DNA of 58,044 nt, the filler included, from Sphacelaria rigidula (lineage: Eukaryota): assembly GCA_964200075.2 (NCBI GenBank). It is 9 parts of 9 records of this genome, joined end to end, with 100 filler letters (N's around TTAATTAATTAA, not from the genome) between each part and the next. Parts side by side here need not be neighbours in the genome. Positions count along the whole stretch, not along the records: positions 25,845 to 32,204 come from CAXNAA020020536.1; positions 32,305 to 38,664 come from CAXNAA020020537.1; positions 38,765 to 45,124 come from CAXNAA020020538.1; 6 more parts are not named here. One strand, given 5' to 3'. This document shows positions 26,193 through 39,545 of this stretch, one piece after another. Position 1 is the stretch's first letter; each line of letters opens with the position of its first letter. The notes under the pieces are model-generated. The model did not search any database. It was not told the DNA's origin and saw only the letters and a list, made by a program, of their open reading frames with translations. Made by a program: the position numbers and the translations under genes.

Positions 26193-26790
26193 CTGCACCC
26201 CGGTGGTGTAATGGTCCGACTGTCGCCATTAGGGTGGAGAGAACGAGGGTTCGATTCCCGATATGTATATATATATATTTTTTCTTCGTGATGTCTAATT
26301 TCCACACGTCGGACAGATCATGATCCGTCTGAAATAACTAATAATCAAGGAAGACTCCTGGGTGCGTGGATCCAAAAACACAAGATACGTGACCGCTGAG
26401 TCAGAAAAGCCAAAGCTCAACGTTTGCCCTGCTCGGCGTGCTCGACGTCCGGCGCTAGAAGGAGCAAACATGGAAGAGGGGGCCCCAATGATCCGGATCA
26501 TGATCCGGATCATTACACTGGGAGGAAGTATTTTTTAGACGGATCATGATCTGTTCGACGGGTGCTAATTTCCACCACCACCGTGGAACGCGTGAGAATG
26601 TGAGTAAACAAAGTAGTCGACTGAGTTTGTTTGACGTGAGTTGACGCGGTGCGGGAGTGCTGACGAAATCGGAAAGACCAAAATGCAAGGCGTGCACCGG
26701 GGGAGAGATGGGTTTATCCCTTGAGACCATGGACTCATCCCGAGGAAGGGGAGGGGTTCACAGTGCGACAAATAAAATGAAAAATTTACA
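26193..26790 (+). mobile_element. tRNA-derived SINE (family A) interrupted by a MITE
   Basis: A box GGTGGTGTAATGGT, B box GGGTTCGATTCCC; body matches 6462-6690. Confidence 0.7.
26303..26564. mobile_element. MITE, 262 bp, CA...TG termini, 8-bp TSD (hAT- or P-type)
   Basis: TIR CAC(A/C)CGTCG(G/A)ACAGATCATGATCCGTCT; perfect TSD CTAATTTC (26295-26302, 26565-26572). Confidence 0.92.
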
Positions 26791-26909
26791 CACGGTTCAC
26801 AGCCTGTGGTACTGCGGGGGTGCAACGCAGGTTTGGGCAAATGTGGCAAACATAATACCGACTTGTTTCTCCTGTATATCAATATTGTTAGGCCTCCTCT
26901 ACTGAAGGC

Positions 26910-27221
26910 ATGCGGATGCACAAGCGCCCTCGAGCGAAAACATGTTTTTCATCCACCTACACTGTCTCCACCACTGCCACGGCCGTGTCCATGGCAGTTG
27001 TACTTCTCAGTTGCGCGTGCGCTTTCCAGTTACAACCAGGCGCAGTACGCGATATCCATGTCCTTCACAATCAAGACTACAGACGGCTCGTGCCATCCGG
27101 GCGTGGTGGTTTCGCAGATTTCCGGCGCTCGCGCGACTCAAACTGGGCACTTCGGGAAGCTGAGATGGCTGCTAGTGTACAGAAGGTCTCTGAGACTGAA
27201 AGTTTGGAGGGCAGTATCCCG
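26910..27221 (+). CDS. Possible first exon of a plastid-targeted protein
   Basis: Hydrophobic stretch ending LLSCACAF (ASAF-like cleavage motif), then an R/S-rich segment and donor CCG/GTATGT at phase 0; no recognisable domain. Confidence 0.4.
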
Positions 27222-27703
27222 GTATGTGAACAACTGAACATGTTGCAGATCATGCACGGTAGATGCCGGAGGATAACACCCCTGTGTGATACGTTTACAT
27301 TTCACATTTCACAGCCTCCATTTTGTTGGAACTGCGGGGCGCTCCGTGCTGCTCGGGGCGACACACCCGAATATCGTGCCGTTGAAAATTTCTGGTGATT
27401 GAGTTATTCAATAGTCGGTATCTTTTGGTTGGTCACGGCCTTTTGCTCCTTGTCAGAACCGTGAACGGTGGCTCAAATGGATATTTACCTAGGGTTTGAT
27501 ACCCCTTCACCTGCCCAAACGGTACAAGAGCTGTCATGCGCGATACTTGCGGTGCAAAAAGCGCATCGGCCGGAGACAGGTGTTCACCCAAAACCCAGCT
27601 GATGGCAAATTTACGCAAGTCGAAAATCCCGATTTCCACCCTGCTTTCGCGATTCCACAATAGCCAAGGCACGCTGTGTACTCTACGATATTTCATTGTA
27701 GTG

Positions 27704-28172
27704 CAGCCGATCATCGAAATTGAGGATGGAGCTTTACATTGAGGATGAGAACCCGCAGAAGTAAAACCTTCGTATCCGCACCAAATCTTCGAAATATGGT
27801 TTCATTCCTTCACCTGTTGGTGGCCATCGATAAGTTCTACACGCCCTACAAATTTGGATTTCGATAATCGAAATGTTGGGATCCTAGATGGAGAAACGCT
27901 CTTGGGGAATTTAGGTGATCCGATGACGTGTTAGCTATTGACAAGTACTACACGCCCTACAAATTCGGATTTCGATAACCGAAATATTGGGGTCCCAGAT
28001 GAAACAATCTTGGGCAATTTAGGTGATCCCATGACGTGTAGTACTTGTCAATAGCTACCAGTAGGTGAAGAAATGAACCATCTTTCGAAGATTTGGTGCG
28101 AATACGAAGATTGTACTTCTCCGGGTCTCATCCTCCATGACAAGCTCCATCCTCAATTCCGATGATCGGCTG
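27704..28172. mobile_element. Foldback element: ~140-bp TIRs around a ~105-bp tandem duplication
   Basis: CAGCCGATCATCG.AATTGAGGATGGAGCT... inverted at both ends; internal direct repeats at ~27829-27932 and ~27940-28039. Confidence 0.85.
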
Positions 28173-30190
28173 TCCATAGCAAAGCATAACGTGTTCGGGC
28201 GATAAGAAATGGAGGCGTGATGAACGTGGCGGGCATGTTTTGGCAATGTACACAAAAGAAGAAACCGTGCACGTCGTTGGTCTATTCCGTGGGTGTTACC
28301 CTATCTCCTACCTGCATTGGTATCCCTGTTTCGACTAGCGCTGAAACACATCGTATCCGCGTTAGAACAGCAACTTTCACCGAGAACCGCTCGCTTACGA
28401 TGGCACGTCGTACGACTTACCTGTACCAATACGAATCTACGCCAGAGACGCTGTGAATGATCGAGCCGGTTTTCGGGGTGCTCTGAGCAAACCTTGAGAA
28501 AAAACAAATGAAAACTTCTTCAAGATAGTATTTCGCCCTTGACTCGAAAGTGCACCGCGGCAACAAACACGGGGTACACCTGAAAGTAGGTTCATGGGGA
28601 CATAAAACGCCAAGAAGCTCTCCAAAACTCAAAGTAATTATCGAGTGGTTCTCTGCCAAAAATGGGCGGCTCTGCGAAGGGTTGTTATTAACGAGACTCT
28701 TTCTTTCATACTTTTTGGACATTTTCGGACAATTTCAGACAAGTGGAGTATATTTCCAGACTTGTCCCGAAAATATAGCGCCGGCATTTTCCCTCCCTCT
28801 GTAAATACTGGTATTACATATTCGGAGGATCAGAAAAATTGTCCGCGTTTCGATGAATTCGGAAATAGTTCCCTTCCATTGGGCTATCGGGCGGTGTGTA
28901 CTACGTGTTGCTTAAAAGTGTGCGAGAGTTTGTAGGGGCACAGCGAGTGACACTTGAAGCCATGCCGGGAGCAGAAAGCAGCGCGAATATGCTGTAATCA
29001 TCCCCGCAAGCCGGCGAAGGACAGCAAACCACCCGAGGTCAGTGCACATCCCGGACATTGGATTGCACAAATAAAGCGTGCTACGTACAGCATGGCAGCA
29101 TCGACTATTGATTCGTTACTGTGGGCAGTACAAATTTTACCGATGCAAGTTGTTGTCGAGGGTGTGCTTACAAACGGCTGTTGTTGTTGTAGTCGCGGCC
29201 GTGACCTCAGGAGTTGCTCAAGCCAAAGTAGTCGCCAGCCTGTTCTGTAGCCGCATGTCACCACAACCGCTTGGTGGATCTAAAACCAATCGCTGTTGTG
29301 TTGATTCACTGCGGTTGTACATGTTTTTCTGTGTGTACAGTGTACAGTGGCCGTCACATACTGTACGTGCACCGGAGCACCCTCTGCAAGGACCGGCCGC
29401 AAACTGACTGCAACAACAGAGAGAGAGAGAGAGAAAGAGAGAGAGAGGGGGGGGGAGAGAGAGAGAGAGACGTATACACGCGCACACACACGTACGGGCG
29501 TAGTACAGTATATCAACTGCCAGGCACATCAGTCACAGCAGTACTCGGGCAACTTTGTAGCCGCATGTGTCTAGAAGCGTTTTAAGGGTCTAAAACCAGC
29601 CGCTGCTGTGTTGAGAAGTCTTGTCAGCGCAGCAAGGGTTGTAAAAAAACGAGGTAGAGGCTTTGAAAAATTGAAAATAACGTCTCCAGGGTGGGGATTG
29701 CCTTGAGCCTTAGAAAGTTGACTCCTTCCCGTGTCTGTCCTTGCCACAGACACCAAGCCCGCTTGCAGAGAAGAAGCGAGTCAAGCCCAAACTGTTTCCT
29801 GGTTTCTTGTAAGGGGGGTGATGCTGATACCACTGTGTGTGTCGGTAGTATACAGCGGCGATTGGACCGATTCGCGGGTCCACCAGTATTCTGGCCAGTG
29901 CTGCTTTAATCTGCCAGGCTATTCTGACGGGTCTGCTATCTAGAGAGCGTCCAGGGGTGTTGTACCACCCGGCGAGCGTTGTCTTTGCCCGACAACCGTT
30001 GTCATATTTCTAAAAAGACATAAATTCCAACTTGATCTATTCGCCGAACCCGACAAGAAACATGCCCCCTCATTTGTCGGAACAAAGTTGGAACTATCCG
30101 AAAATATCGTACATATCGTCTGCAAACTAAATTCCGTTAATACTGGCCTGAAGGGCACGTCGAGGATTGTACTGGGTCCAGACTTGGCCT

Positions 30191-30258
30191 GCTGTGTGCT
30201 GTGTGCTGTGTGCTGTGTGCTGTGTGCTGTGTGCTGTGTGCTGTGTGCTATGTGCTGT
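30191..30258. repeat. (GCTGTGT)n 7-bp tandem repeat
   Basis: About nine units. Confidence 0.9.
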
Positions 30259-31127
30259 TCCAACCCGACAAACCCGATAACGGCCGTTTTTTGCAGCAAC
30301 CAAGGGGCGTGAGGAATGACGGTGACTCTTTTGTGAGCTCTGCTTTGATAAGGGTGGCACGCATGCGTTAGTAGTCGATGCGGCTATGACGCGAAAATGG
30401 TTTCCGCTCAGCCATCAAGGACTTCTGTGAATCAATGCAGATGCTGCGCAGCGTTGTGGTGCCGCCGTTGCAAGCCAGTCATCGCACGCTGCTTCCTGTG
30501 AGGACGGTGTGTTGCATCAAGCACAACAGACTGCAATATCGTCGGTTTGGTGTAAATTACAGTACCGTTCATGTGCATGATGCTGCGCAGACGTGTGGTC
30601 AGTTGGTTTCGTGCCGTGTCTGGTCGTTAATATGAGAAAAACGATGTACGGTGTATGAGTGCATGTGCCTTACATTTATTTTCAGAAATGAACGGAGATT
30701 CCGAACCGACTTCAATCACCAACTTGGGGCACTCCAGTGTTCACCATAATCCTAGCCCTTTGACGGTGCCCCCAGGCCTTGACAACGGAATCCCCGTGTC
30801 TGCAATGCGCCATTATTGTGCTGCCACGAGTTATGATCCCTGCAGGGCCGTGTGGGGGCAGATCGAGTTGTCCACATAAGGGCAATGATGGTAAAACGTT
30901 TTGTTTTGCTACAGACGGTACAGAGACGCTACAGTACTACGTAGCAGTTCCATGTTTCTCGATTGCGATATGAGGTGTCGCGGTGGCTGGTGGACTGACG
31001 AAGAGCAGTCATATGAGATGTAGCCGTCCGAGAGAAAAAAGTAGAAATGACTTTTGTCCATATGAAACTCGGACTCTTTTTTTTTTCCTTTTTTTTGCCA
31101 ATACACCACCGCATGGTACATCCAGTA

Positions 31128-31439
31128 TAGTTCACCACTTGGGAGGGTGCTATGGTTGATTTTCAGTTCGACTTGATTTTAGTGTGGACATCGAAATCCG
31201 GATCTTCAATGGAACTGTGCTCCTGGCGTGCGCAGAACGTGTTTTTGTCGAAATCGGCGTCTGGGGAGCCGATTTGAGGTCTGGCAACGCACACTTTGCG
31301 TAGGGACACTTTGCACCCCCTTGCCCGAGGGTCTCGATGTGCCTTCGTTGGGGTGAGGGTTAGGGTTTGTGTTAGTGTTATAGTTTCTTCGAAATTATAA
31401 ATTTCCCAAAACATTCTCACCCTCCCAAGTGGTGAACTA
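31128..31439. mobile_element. MITE with perfect 22-bp IR, probably TA-TSD (Tc1/mariner type)
   Basis: TAGTTCACCACTTGGGAGGGTG inverted at both ends; internal TTAGGG-like tract; related body at ~49425-49585. Confidence 0.85.
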
Positions 31440-32204
31440 AACTCCGTACATCAGACCTGCATCTGTAGGTACAGCTGTCCTGCTGTGGTGACCCCCTTGC
31501 AGATGTTTCATTCGCAAAGGTGTACAGTTTGAACGCATGGTGGTGCCATCTACCAAAGCACGCTTTGAATAGGTCACCATGCCTTCCTCTGAAACTGCCC
31601 TTACACTAGAACGTCATGATACCAAACCGGGGCACCCGCACGAACCTTGATTTACATAGCTCCGATATTTTTTCCAGGCATACTCTGTATACACCCATTT
31701 GAGAACAAGGGGTAAGTACTAGAATAGTGAAACGAACCAGGATTCAGATCGCGGTTTCGTGGTAGGAGAGGGGTGACGGAAGCCACGTGAAGCTTGTGAG
31801 AGAGGCTCACTAGTCATACAGCAGCATCCCGCCTCCTACATCAAGAACGTTTTGAGGAATCGGTTCCGCGAGGGGGGGTGGTATGAACATCCTGGTATCG
31901 GCCGAAATTGAACAATGAGGGTGCGGCCCGATCTGCTTGCGACCTATTCGAAACCAGCTCGCGATCAACCTTACGCCAGTCCTTGACCAACTTCCGTCAA
32001 GTTTTGGGCAAATGAAGGTAGGGGGGGGCGGGCGTACTCATTTGTTGTTTGCCCAAGTCGTTTTGATCATTGACCACGCATCCCTTTCGAGACGGAGCAC
32101 CGTACCGGCATCGGGGGGGTTGTACTCATGATCATGCATAGACATTAAGAGGGGGGGGGGGTGTACTCATGATCATGCATGCCATAGTCATCAGGCCATT
32201 GACC

Positions 32205-32304
32205 NNNNNNNNNNNNNNNNNNNNNNNNNNNNNNNNNNNNNNNNNNNNTTAATTAATTAANNNNNNNNNNNNNNNNNNNNNNNNNNNNNNNNNNNNNNNN
32301 NNNN
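32205..32304. other. Artificial scaffold linker
   Basis: Same 100-bp linker. Confidence 0.98.
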
Positions 32305-32406
32305 AACAACGCGTTGGAATACCCAGTGTATCGGCCAACGCCCATTTGTAGCTGAATTTCGTGGAAGAAATAGCCCAACCTCCCCCCCCCCCCCCCCTAT
32401 CGTAGC

Positions 32407-32473
32407 TTGCTCCGTCTCGAAAGGGATGCGCGGTCAATGGTCAGACGACTAAGGCAAGCAACACATGAGAACA
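32407..32473 (+). mobile_element. 67-bp 3' stub of the C-tract non-LTR family with 15-bp TSD
   Basis: TSD CCCCCCTATCGTAGC at 32392-32406 and 32474-32488; other stubs at ~32033-32103(-), ~51750-51830(-) and ~56487-56548(+). Confidence 0.85.
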
Positions 32474-33917
32474 CCCCCCTATCGTAGCATGACCGTGCAT
32501 CCGCTCCGTGGAAGCACGGGAGGGCAAGGGAGCTATGAGTTTCCCGCGACGCGATTCCCGCCTTTTAGCGGGGCCCGGTTATCGTCGCATACTCGATCAG
32601 GCCTGCCCGCAAGATGTAGGTGTAAGGAAAATACTGTAGCATGCCATGGGCCACTATATTGTGCAGCGCTCCAACAGTGGACCGTAAATTATCTCAAGTG
32701 CTCAAGTCTGGTTGTGAGCACGAACACTCGAAATACGGCAAACAGCATTCGTGTGACCCATCTCGTGGCAACTACATCAACAGATTACTAGACCATTGCC
32801 CGACGCATTTATCTCGTACGATAGGGGAAAATCTAGAACTCATAGCATGCCGTACGAGCGTTGGACATACCTCCTCTGTGTCGTACTCGTGCAATGTGAT
32901 CCACACCATCACAGAGTTGTTGTCCACCTGAGCTCATGGTGCGAAGAACGAGCAAGACCGAGAAAGGGCAACATCAAGGAAAACGGGCGAGTATGAGCAC
33001 AACCACAGCCATTTTCTGGAGTGCCGGGGTCTTGGTGTGCAACAGCACCAACATCTAAGATATCGGGTGATGACGGTAACGCTTGGGATTCTCGTCACCT
33101 GAACACCGGGTTTACGTGACATAGCTTCGAGTCAATGAAGCTCAATGGTTTTCAGAGCTAATCGCCTCCTGCTTACTTGTCGCTGACGGCAGAGACTGCG
33201 ACACTTGTGGAGCTCATCGGCGTCATCCCCATTCCACTGACTTCGTGCACCACTGGTTGATGGATAACCACGCGCACAATAACCTCGCTGAAAGTAGGAA
33301 CGGAGCAGCCATCACTGCGTACCCTTCTCCCTCACAAGGCTTGTACAATCAATTTGCTACAGGCAATCAGCACATGCAGCAGCGAAATTTCAGTCAGATT
33401 CCACGCTGAAACGACCGCCCACCTCTTTCCGTCGTTGCTCGAAAACTGTTCTCAGGCAAGACCTCCCTGGTCAGCGCTTAACGGCGCGGGTGAGGAATGC
33501 AATGGCAGGTGGTTCATCATAGGACACCCCTGTTCCCAACCACACCTCGCCTCAGCTTAGGATGACTCTCCTCCTACAACAAGTTTTTGCGACAGACACC
33601 CCCATGACACCCCCACCATGCATGCGACCGGGTGACAGCAGAGAAGCTCAATTACAGGATCTTAGCCCTCATTTCGGTCACGCCAGCAAGAGTTAGATCA
33701 CCCACAGGAGGTCTCTTTTTGTACTCTGCATACCAATTAGGTCTATACGAGTGTTTGATCTCTCATACATACATCCCCCAAGCTGGGATGTGGCAGACTG
33801 CCTGTTGTCCTTGTTTTGCAGACGTCGGGTGAAATCAAGGACTGCAATAACACCTTCCAGCTTCCGATTATTAGATCTTGCCGCAAGCACTCAGCCGTCC
33901 TTGCTCGCATATGTGTG

Positions 33918-34823
33918 TGAGAGAACAGTATAATAGATAGCCTCATGCACCGGGTGCGTTGTCGGGGGAAGTTGTAGGCCTGTCGTGGCCAGTTGAGACC
34001 AGATATCTTTTATATAATTAGTGTACCCATATTTTCCTACTCTCATATATCACACATATGCTGAAACCACCATCGAATTAGATCCGACACATAATGCCGC
34101 ACACCAACTCACGAACACATACCGAAACCACTGAAAGAAGCGGGGTACTAATACCTGGGAAAAACGCTCATACGAAAATGACATGTCACAATCCCAGATT
34201 TTCGGCACGCGAAAAGGCGTGTGCCGCCCCAGCAGATATGCACTGCAACCACTACATAGGGTATACCTTAAATAACAGAATGATCTCTTATTCGTATTTC
34301 CCCTGCACGTCATGATCCAATCTCCATATCTATTCCCTTCGTATCCAGGCAGATCCTGGAGCGTAAGTATAATCGATTACAGTAGTGGTGAGGGGAACAT
34401 CGCCCTGCTTTTCGACGACGTGTTCTACTGTGCACAAAGGCACTCCCTGTCCAAGCAAAGAGGTAGAAAGAAATCGACATTTGCACTGGTCAGCGCCACA
34501 GGCAGAAGAAGACAATCGGGGCACCCCGCGATCTTGTTTCCGCGGCCGTGCTACCTGTTGAATTGTACGTGCATTGGTGCGAGACTGTCAAGCATTAGTT
34601 ATGGTTTCCGTATGCATACAGAAGTTTTATTTCTTGCAGTTATATGTGTGTAATACGGCGTAACTATCTGTAGTGAGATATTTGTATGTGAACTTGTATC
34701 ATGAATAATTCAGTCTTTTGTTCTCAGCTTCTTGCTCAAGCGCTGAGCCTCCCACGAGCCCCAAGGAGGGCATATGCAGCACCATTACACCTGAGGTGTG
34801 ACTAGGTGCAGCTTTTCCTCTCA
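33918..34823 (+). mobile_element. Putative 5' LTR of the copia element
   Basis: TGAGAG...CTCTCA termini; directly followed by PBS-like GGTCATGCGCC (cf. copia GGTTATGGGCCC); no second LTR available to confirm the start. Confidence 0.55.
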
Positions 34824-34867
34824 GGTCATGCGCCGCGTTTAGTAGGAGCAAGCACTGGAACATACCC

Positions 34868-37800
34868 ATGGCTGCGCAAGAGGTCCGGGATCGACGCAGT
34901 CTGACGGGGGACTCACTTGGTAAGCCCTTGATTACCTTCTCCGGTGAAGCTACGAAGCAAGCAGGAGAGTGTAGGATATTTCAACCGTTGTTTCTCGCCA
35001 CGACCCGGGAGTTCGGTGTGGGCGATATCCTTACAGGGCGGCTGAAGATGCTCGAGGCGAGATCCACAAACGCTGATGAAGCAGCCAGGGCTGCACACAG
35101 AAAAGCAGAACCTTCAGGAAAATAACGGAATCTTCTACGGTCGACTTCTGATGAGTGTTTGGCAGGGGCCGCTCGGGTACACAAGCCCTGCAGTTGCGAC
35201 GGTTCTAGCACATGGGCTAGCACATAATGAGATAAATGGGTATGGCCATGGTGCTTTCCACACTCTGAAATCAGAGTACGTCGTGACAGAAATTTTTCGT
35301 AGTTGGGATCTTGAAGAACGACTGACTGCAGCGAACATGCAAAGCGAAGATAACTTGGATCCATCGCGCTTATTCAAGAAATTAGAAGTATACAGGCCAA
35401 TTTTACGGCGATTGGACAGCCACAATCATCGAGTCACCTTGCTCGCAAGCTGTACCGCTCTCTCCCGGATAAGTACTATTAACCTTTCAACGCTGTATAT
35501 ACACAGCAAGTGACAAGCCAGGAAGAGTTCAACTTCGAAGACCTGGCTCGTCGGGCAACTTCGTATTTCAATATACAGCTAAGACACGGTGTGAAGCGAC
35601 CTTTCAACATGGGGAATGAGAGTGCACTAGCTACAAACGCTCATGGTGGAGCACGTGGATCCGGATTCGTTACAAAAGGCCGTTCCAGTACAAAGGGAAT
35701 ATCCAATAAGGGCAAAAATATGAACCGAGGTGCGGAAGATTCTGACGGGCTGGATCGCAACGGCAGCTGGATTGTCATGGACATAACCACACATATCGCG
35801 AGTGCAATCGCCGGGTGTACAATTATTGTAAACGTCCCGGACATTTCGTGAGAGAGTGTCCATCGAAAGGGAAATACGAGAAACAATTCGACGAGAAATC
35901 CCAGGGCGCAAGAGCCCACAACTCAAACAGAGGGCAGTGAGGAAAGTGTCACCGTGGCCTGGTGCAGCCGAGTTGTAGATGAGAGTCATAGCGCGGAGCA
36001 AAGGCAGCAGCACAGACAGCGCTGAGATTCATCATGTGTTTCTTGACTATGCGGCGAGCATACATATGCTCGACTCGTCATCACCTTCGACTAGAAATGT
36101 GTCGGACCTTCAGGGGTGCACGGTACGAGTCCAAGGTTCCTGCGGGATGAATTACGCGAACACGAAAGGCCGTTACACTTCACTGCGGACTGTTGAAGGG
36201 CGTCGAATTTCAGTGCATCTTGAGGTACTTCTCGTACCAAAACTTGGAGCAGATCTATTTTTGGTTGGAGCTCTGGAAGGAAAGGGAGTGCGTTTGAATA
36301 TACTCCGTGATCCTCCTGTCCTTGAATTCAGCGATAAACTATTTTCGATCAGCAAAGAACTCAAGCGCATGTTTATCCTGCCCGTGATTATAGAGAACAA
36401 TGAGGAGCAGCAGGTTTCGCATCGGTTCAACAAGAACCTGAACTTTGGCATCGACACTTGGGACACTGCACATTCGACACTTGAAACAACTCGCAGGACG
36501 AGACAGAACAGGAATCAAGCTATCAGCACATGTTCAGGATCTAGACTGTAATGTCTGCGTTGCCTCGAAGCACAAGACAATTTCGCACCCGAGATCTGAT
36601 CGCCCACGAAGCTCAAGGCGACTCGAACTCATCCACGCCGACCTATGGGACCCACACATTACTGAGTCATACACCAAATGCAAATACTTGATCATGCTCA
36701 CTGACGACATGTCTCGAAAGCGTCGGATATACGACCTGAAGTCGAAGGATGAAGCCGTCGAAGCCCTGGAAGCATTTGTGAAAGCCGTGGCGGATCCAGA
36801 GGGGCTCTGTATTGGCCGAATCAGGTGTGATGGTGGTGGCGAATTTCTGGGACGATTCTTTGAATTGGCGAACTTGTTGGGGATGAAAGTAGAAAACAAC
36901 GCACCATATATTCCACAAGGGAACGCCATCGCTGAGCGTGGTTTCGGAATAATTATAGGGATAACATGAAGTCTCATGTTGGGAGCAACGCATATGCCGG
37001 ATCGGTTATGGGTGGAGGCAACCCACGCAGCAGTGTATGCACTCAATCGTACCCCTTCGTCTGCATTGGACGGCAAAACACCTTGGGAGCTCTGGTATGA
37101 TCGGGAACTGGGTGGCCTAAAGGACATACATGAATGGGGCTGCACGACGTTTGAACATGTCGAAGTTCGCCACCGGAGTGGGAAACTAGCACCTCGTGCG
37201 GAGAAGTATTATCTAGTGGGCTATAACAGCCACAACTGCACATGGCGTTTGTGGAATCCGGCTAACCGGACCAAAATCGTGAACTCTGGAGAAGTATCAT
37301 TCCGAGACAAAGCTACTCGGGCCTGCCCGAAGGAAGTGGAGATACGAGAAGGTGTGCTTAGTCTCACACAAGACGTTTATGACTCGCGGTCTTACGATGA
37401 GCCTTCACCAGTAGAAGCAAAAGAGCCGCAACTGCCTGAATCATTTTCTGCCGAAGTATCTTCCCGTGATGAGGGAGGTCAGTTACGTCGAAGTACTAGA
37501 ATCAACGCTCGCGCTGAAGACGGGAAAACTAGGCACTGTTTTTTCCTGGAAATATACGAGGAGAGGAAGTGGACGATCACGAAGAGTTGAGCTATGAACG
37601 AGTGGAATATGCACTATAGTGCCCGGTTTCATAAACGAGAACGGAAGAGACCAGGATGAATTTACAAGAACGGACCCAAAAAACTTACTCGGAAGCTGTT
37701 AGCGGCGACCATAACAGGCGGTGGATTGAAAGCATCAGGGAAGAGTGCCGATCGCTTCAGGGTCATGACGTGTTCGAGTGGGTTGACCCTCCAGAGGACA

Positions 37801-38603
37801 AATACGTAAAACCCATTCTCTCCAAATTTATCTTCAGGTGGAAATATGACAGAAGGGAAACCTATCAGGCAAAAGTCGAGGATTGTCGTGCGAGGAGTTT
37901 TTGAGGTAGATACGGGCAGAGAGAAGACTGCTCCAGTCGCCCATTTGGAATCTGTGCGTTTGTTGATCGCGCCAGCGGCTAGAGACAATCTCCCGTTTTA
38001 TCAATTGGACGTGAAGACGGCATTCTCCAAGCCCGCATAGGCCCTGACGATCCGGATGTATACGTCATTCCTCCGGAAGGTTTTGAATGCACGGAGAGAC
38101 AGACGGAGCAAATATGGAAATTACGAGCGTGGCTTTACGGACTTCGGATGTCACTGCGCGGTTGGTGGGGGACTATTCACTCTTTCTTACTCTCACAGGG
38201 GTTTATCTCCAGTCCCGCCTACGCGTGTCTGTATGTTTTCCATGGCGGAGATGTGTTGTTATTGTTATATGTTGATGATGTTCTACTATCAGGCAGAGAT
38301 ACTACAAAGATCGAGGAAACCAAAAGACAATTGATGGATCGGTTCGAAGTGGTGGATCTGGGACCTGCTACGTTTCTACTCGGATTCGCCATCAAAGGAG
38401 ACGCATCGACAGGGAGAGTCGACCTATCCCAGGAAACGTATGCGAGAGGAATCCTGGACACCTACGGAATGGAACATGCGAACTCGACGAAGACCCCTGC
38501 TGAAGTAAAGCAGATAAGTATCAAGGAAAAGGATGTATTGGCACCTGAAAGTGGAACTTACTAGAGAGCCGCGACGGGATTATTGCTCTACTTGAGTCGT
38601 TGT
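34868..38603 (+). mobile_element. Ty1/copia gag-pol, decayed and 3'-truncated
   Basis: Zinc knuckles CHGHNHTYREC/CKRPGHFVRECP; protease FLDYAASIHM; integrase IHADLW, IRCDGGGEF, PQGNAIAER; RT QLDVKTAF, LLLYVDDVL; PR-IN-RT order; many stops and frameshifts. Confidence 0.95.
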
Positions 38604-38664
38604 TATTATTATTATTATTTCCGCACATTAGTCCGATCTCGCGAACCCGTGGTCACAGACGTAG
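38604..38664 (-). mobile_element. Retroposon 3' terminus with (AAT)n tail inserted in copia RT
   Basis: Reverse complement of 1545-1590 (one mismatch) plus a TAA-repeat tail; interrupts RT after GLLLYLSRC. Confidence 0.85.
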
Positions 38665-38764
38665 NNNNNNNNNNNNNNNNNNNNNNNNNNNNNNNNNNNN
38701 NNNNNNNNTTAATTAATTAANNNNNNNNNNNNNNNNNNNNNNNNNNNNNNNNNNNNNNNNNNNN
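38665..38764. other. Artificial scaffold linker
   Basis: Same 100-bp linker. Confidence 0.98.
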
Positions 38765-38869
38765 ACCTTTGAGAAACTAAGAAATTACGGATTCTGCATA
38801 CTTCTGACGCTGACTACTGTAGATAAAATGCAAGTAAATGATGAAAAATCGGGAATCCGAGCCCCGACC

Positions 38870-39545
38870 ACTTGGGCTTTCTTTTGCTTCGAAGGCTTTT
38901 TTGTTGGCCAGAGACAGGGTACGCCAACTTTGCAGTGAAATCACTCCCGGCGACAACCCCCTCCCACACTGATCGTTTGGATGTGGTCGATAAATTTCGC
39001 CTCGCCCTGATTGGACAGGTCGCTCCCAGACTTGTTCATCATTATTTTACTAACACATGGTGAACATGGTGTTGGTGGGCTTCAGTCCCAAAAGGGTTAA
39101 GTTCCGATGTCATATATAACCATTTGGGCTACTGGAGGCAGGGCCCATCGGCGCACTCAACACGCGAGGCCAAACAGGAAGGGACCCAACTCGAGACCCA
39201 CAATTATCAGTCAAAGCGATACGATTTGCAGGGTTCTGAACTTGTACCCCTAGAGGGACAGCTATGCATTCGAATATACCAGGCATGAGAGGAAGACCAC
39301 GACATAACAACACATACCACCTCGGGGGGAGGAGTGCGTTGGAGTCAGCAGTTGGTTGAAAGGAAAACAAGGGAAGATGCTGATGATCCTGCCACTTCCG
39401 CCATTTTCACTTCGGTACAAGCAAACTGGTTACGATTTCTTCTATCTCCTCCCTCCTCTTATCAAATTTCCCGTTCAGTCGCACGTTGTCGGCTCACCTC
39501 TTCCTTTATCTTGTGCCAAGACTTCATGAACTCTCCGCTCCTTCA
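38870..39545 (-). mobile_element. 5'-truncated RTE-like LINE fragment (ORF end and 3' UTR)
   Basis: 39480-39541 resembles 40977-41040 and 39321-39357 resembles 40898-40934; distal boundary approximate. Confidence 0.55.
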
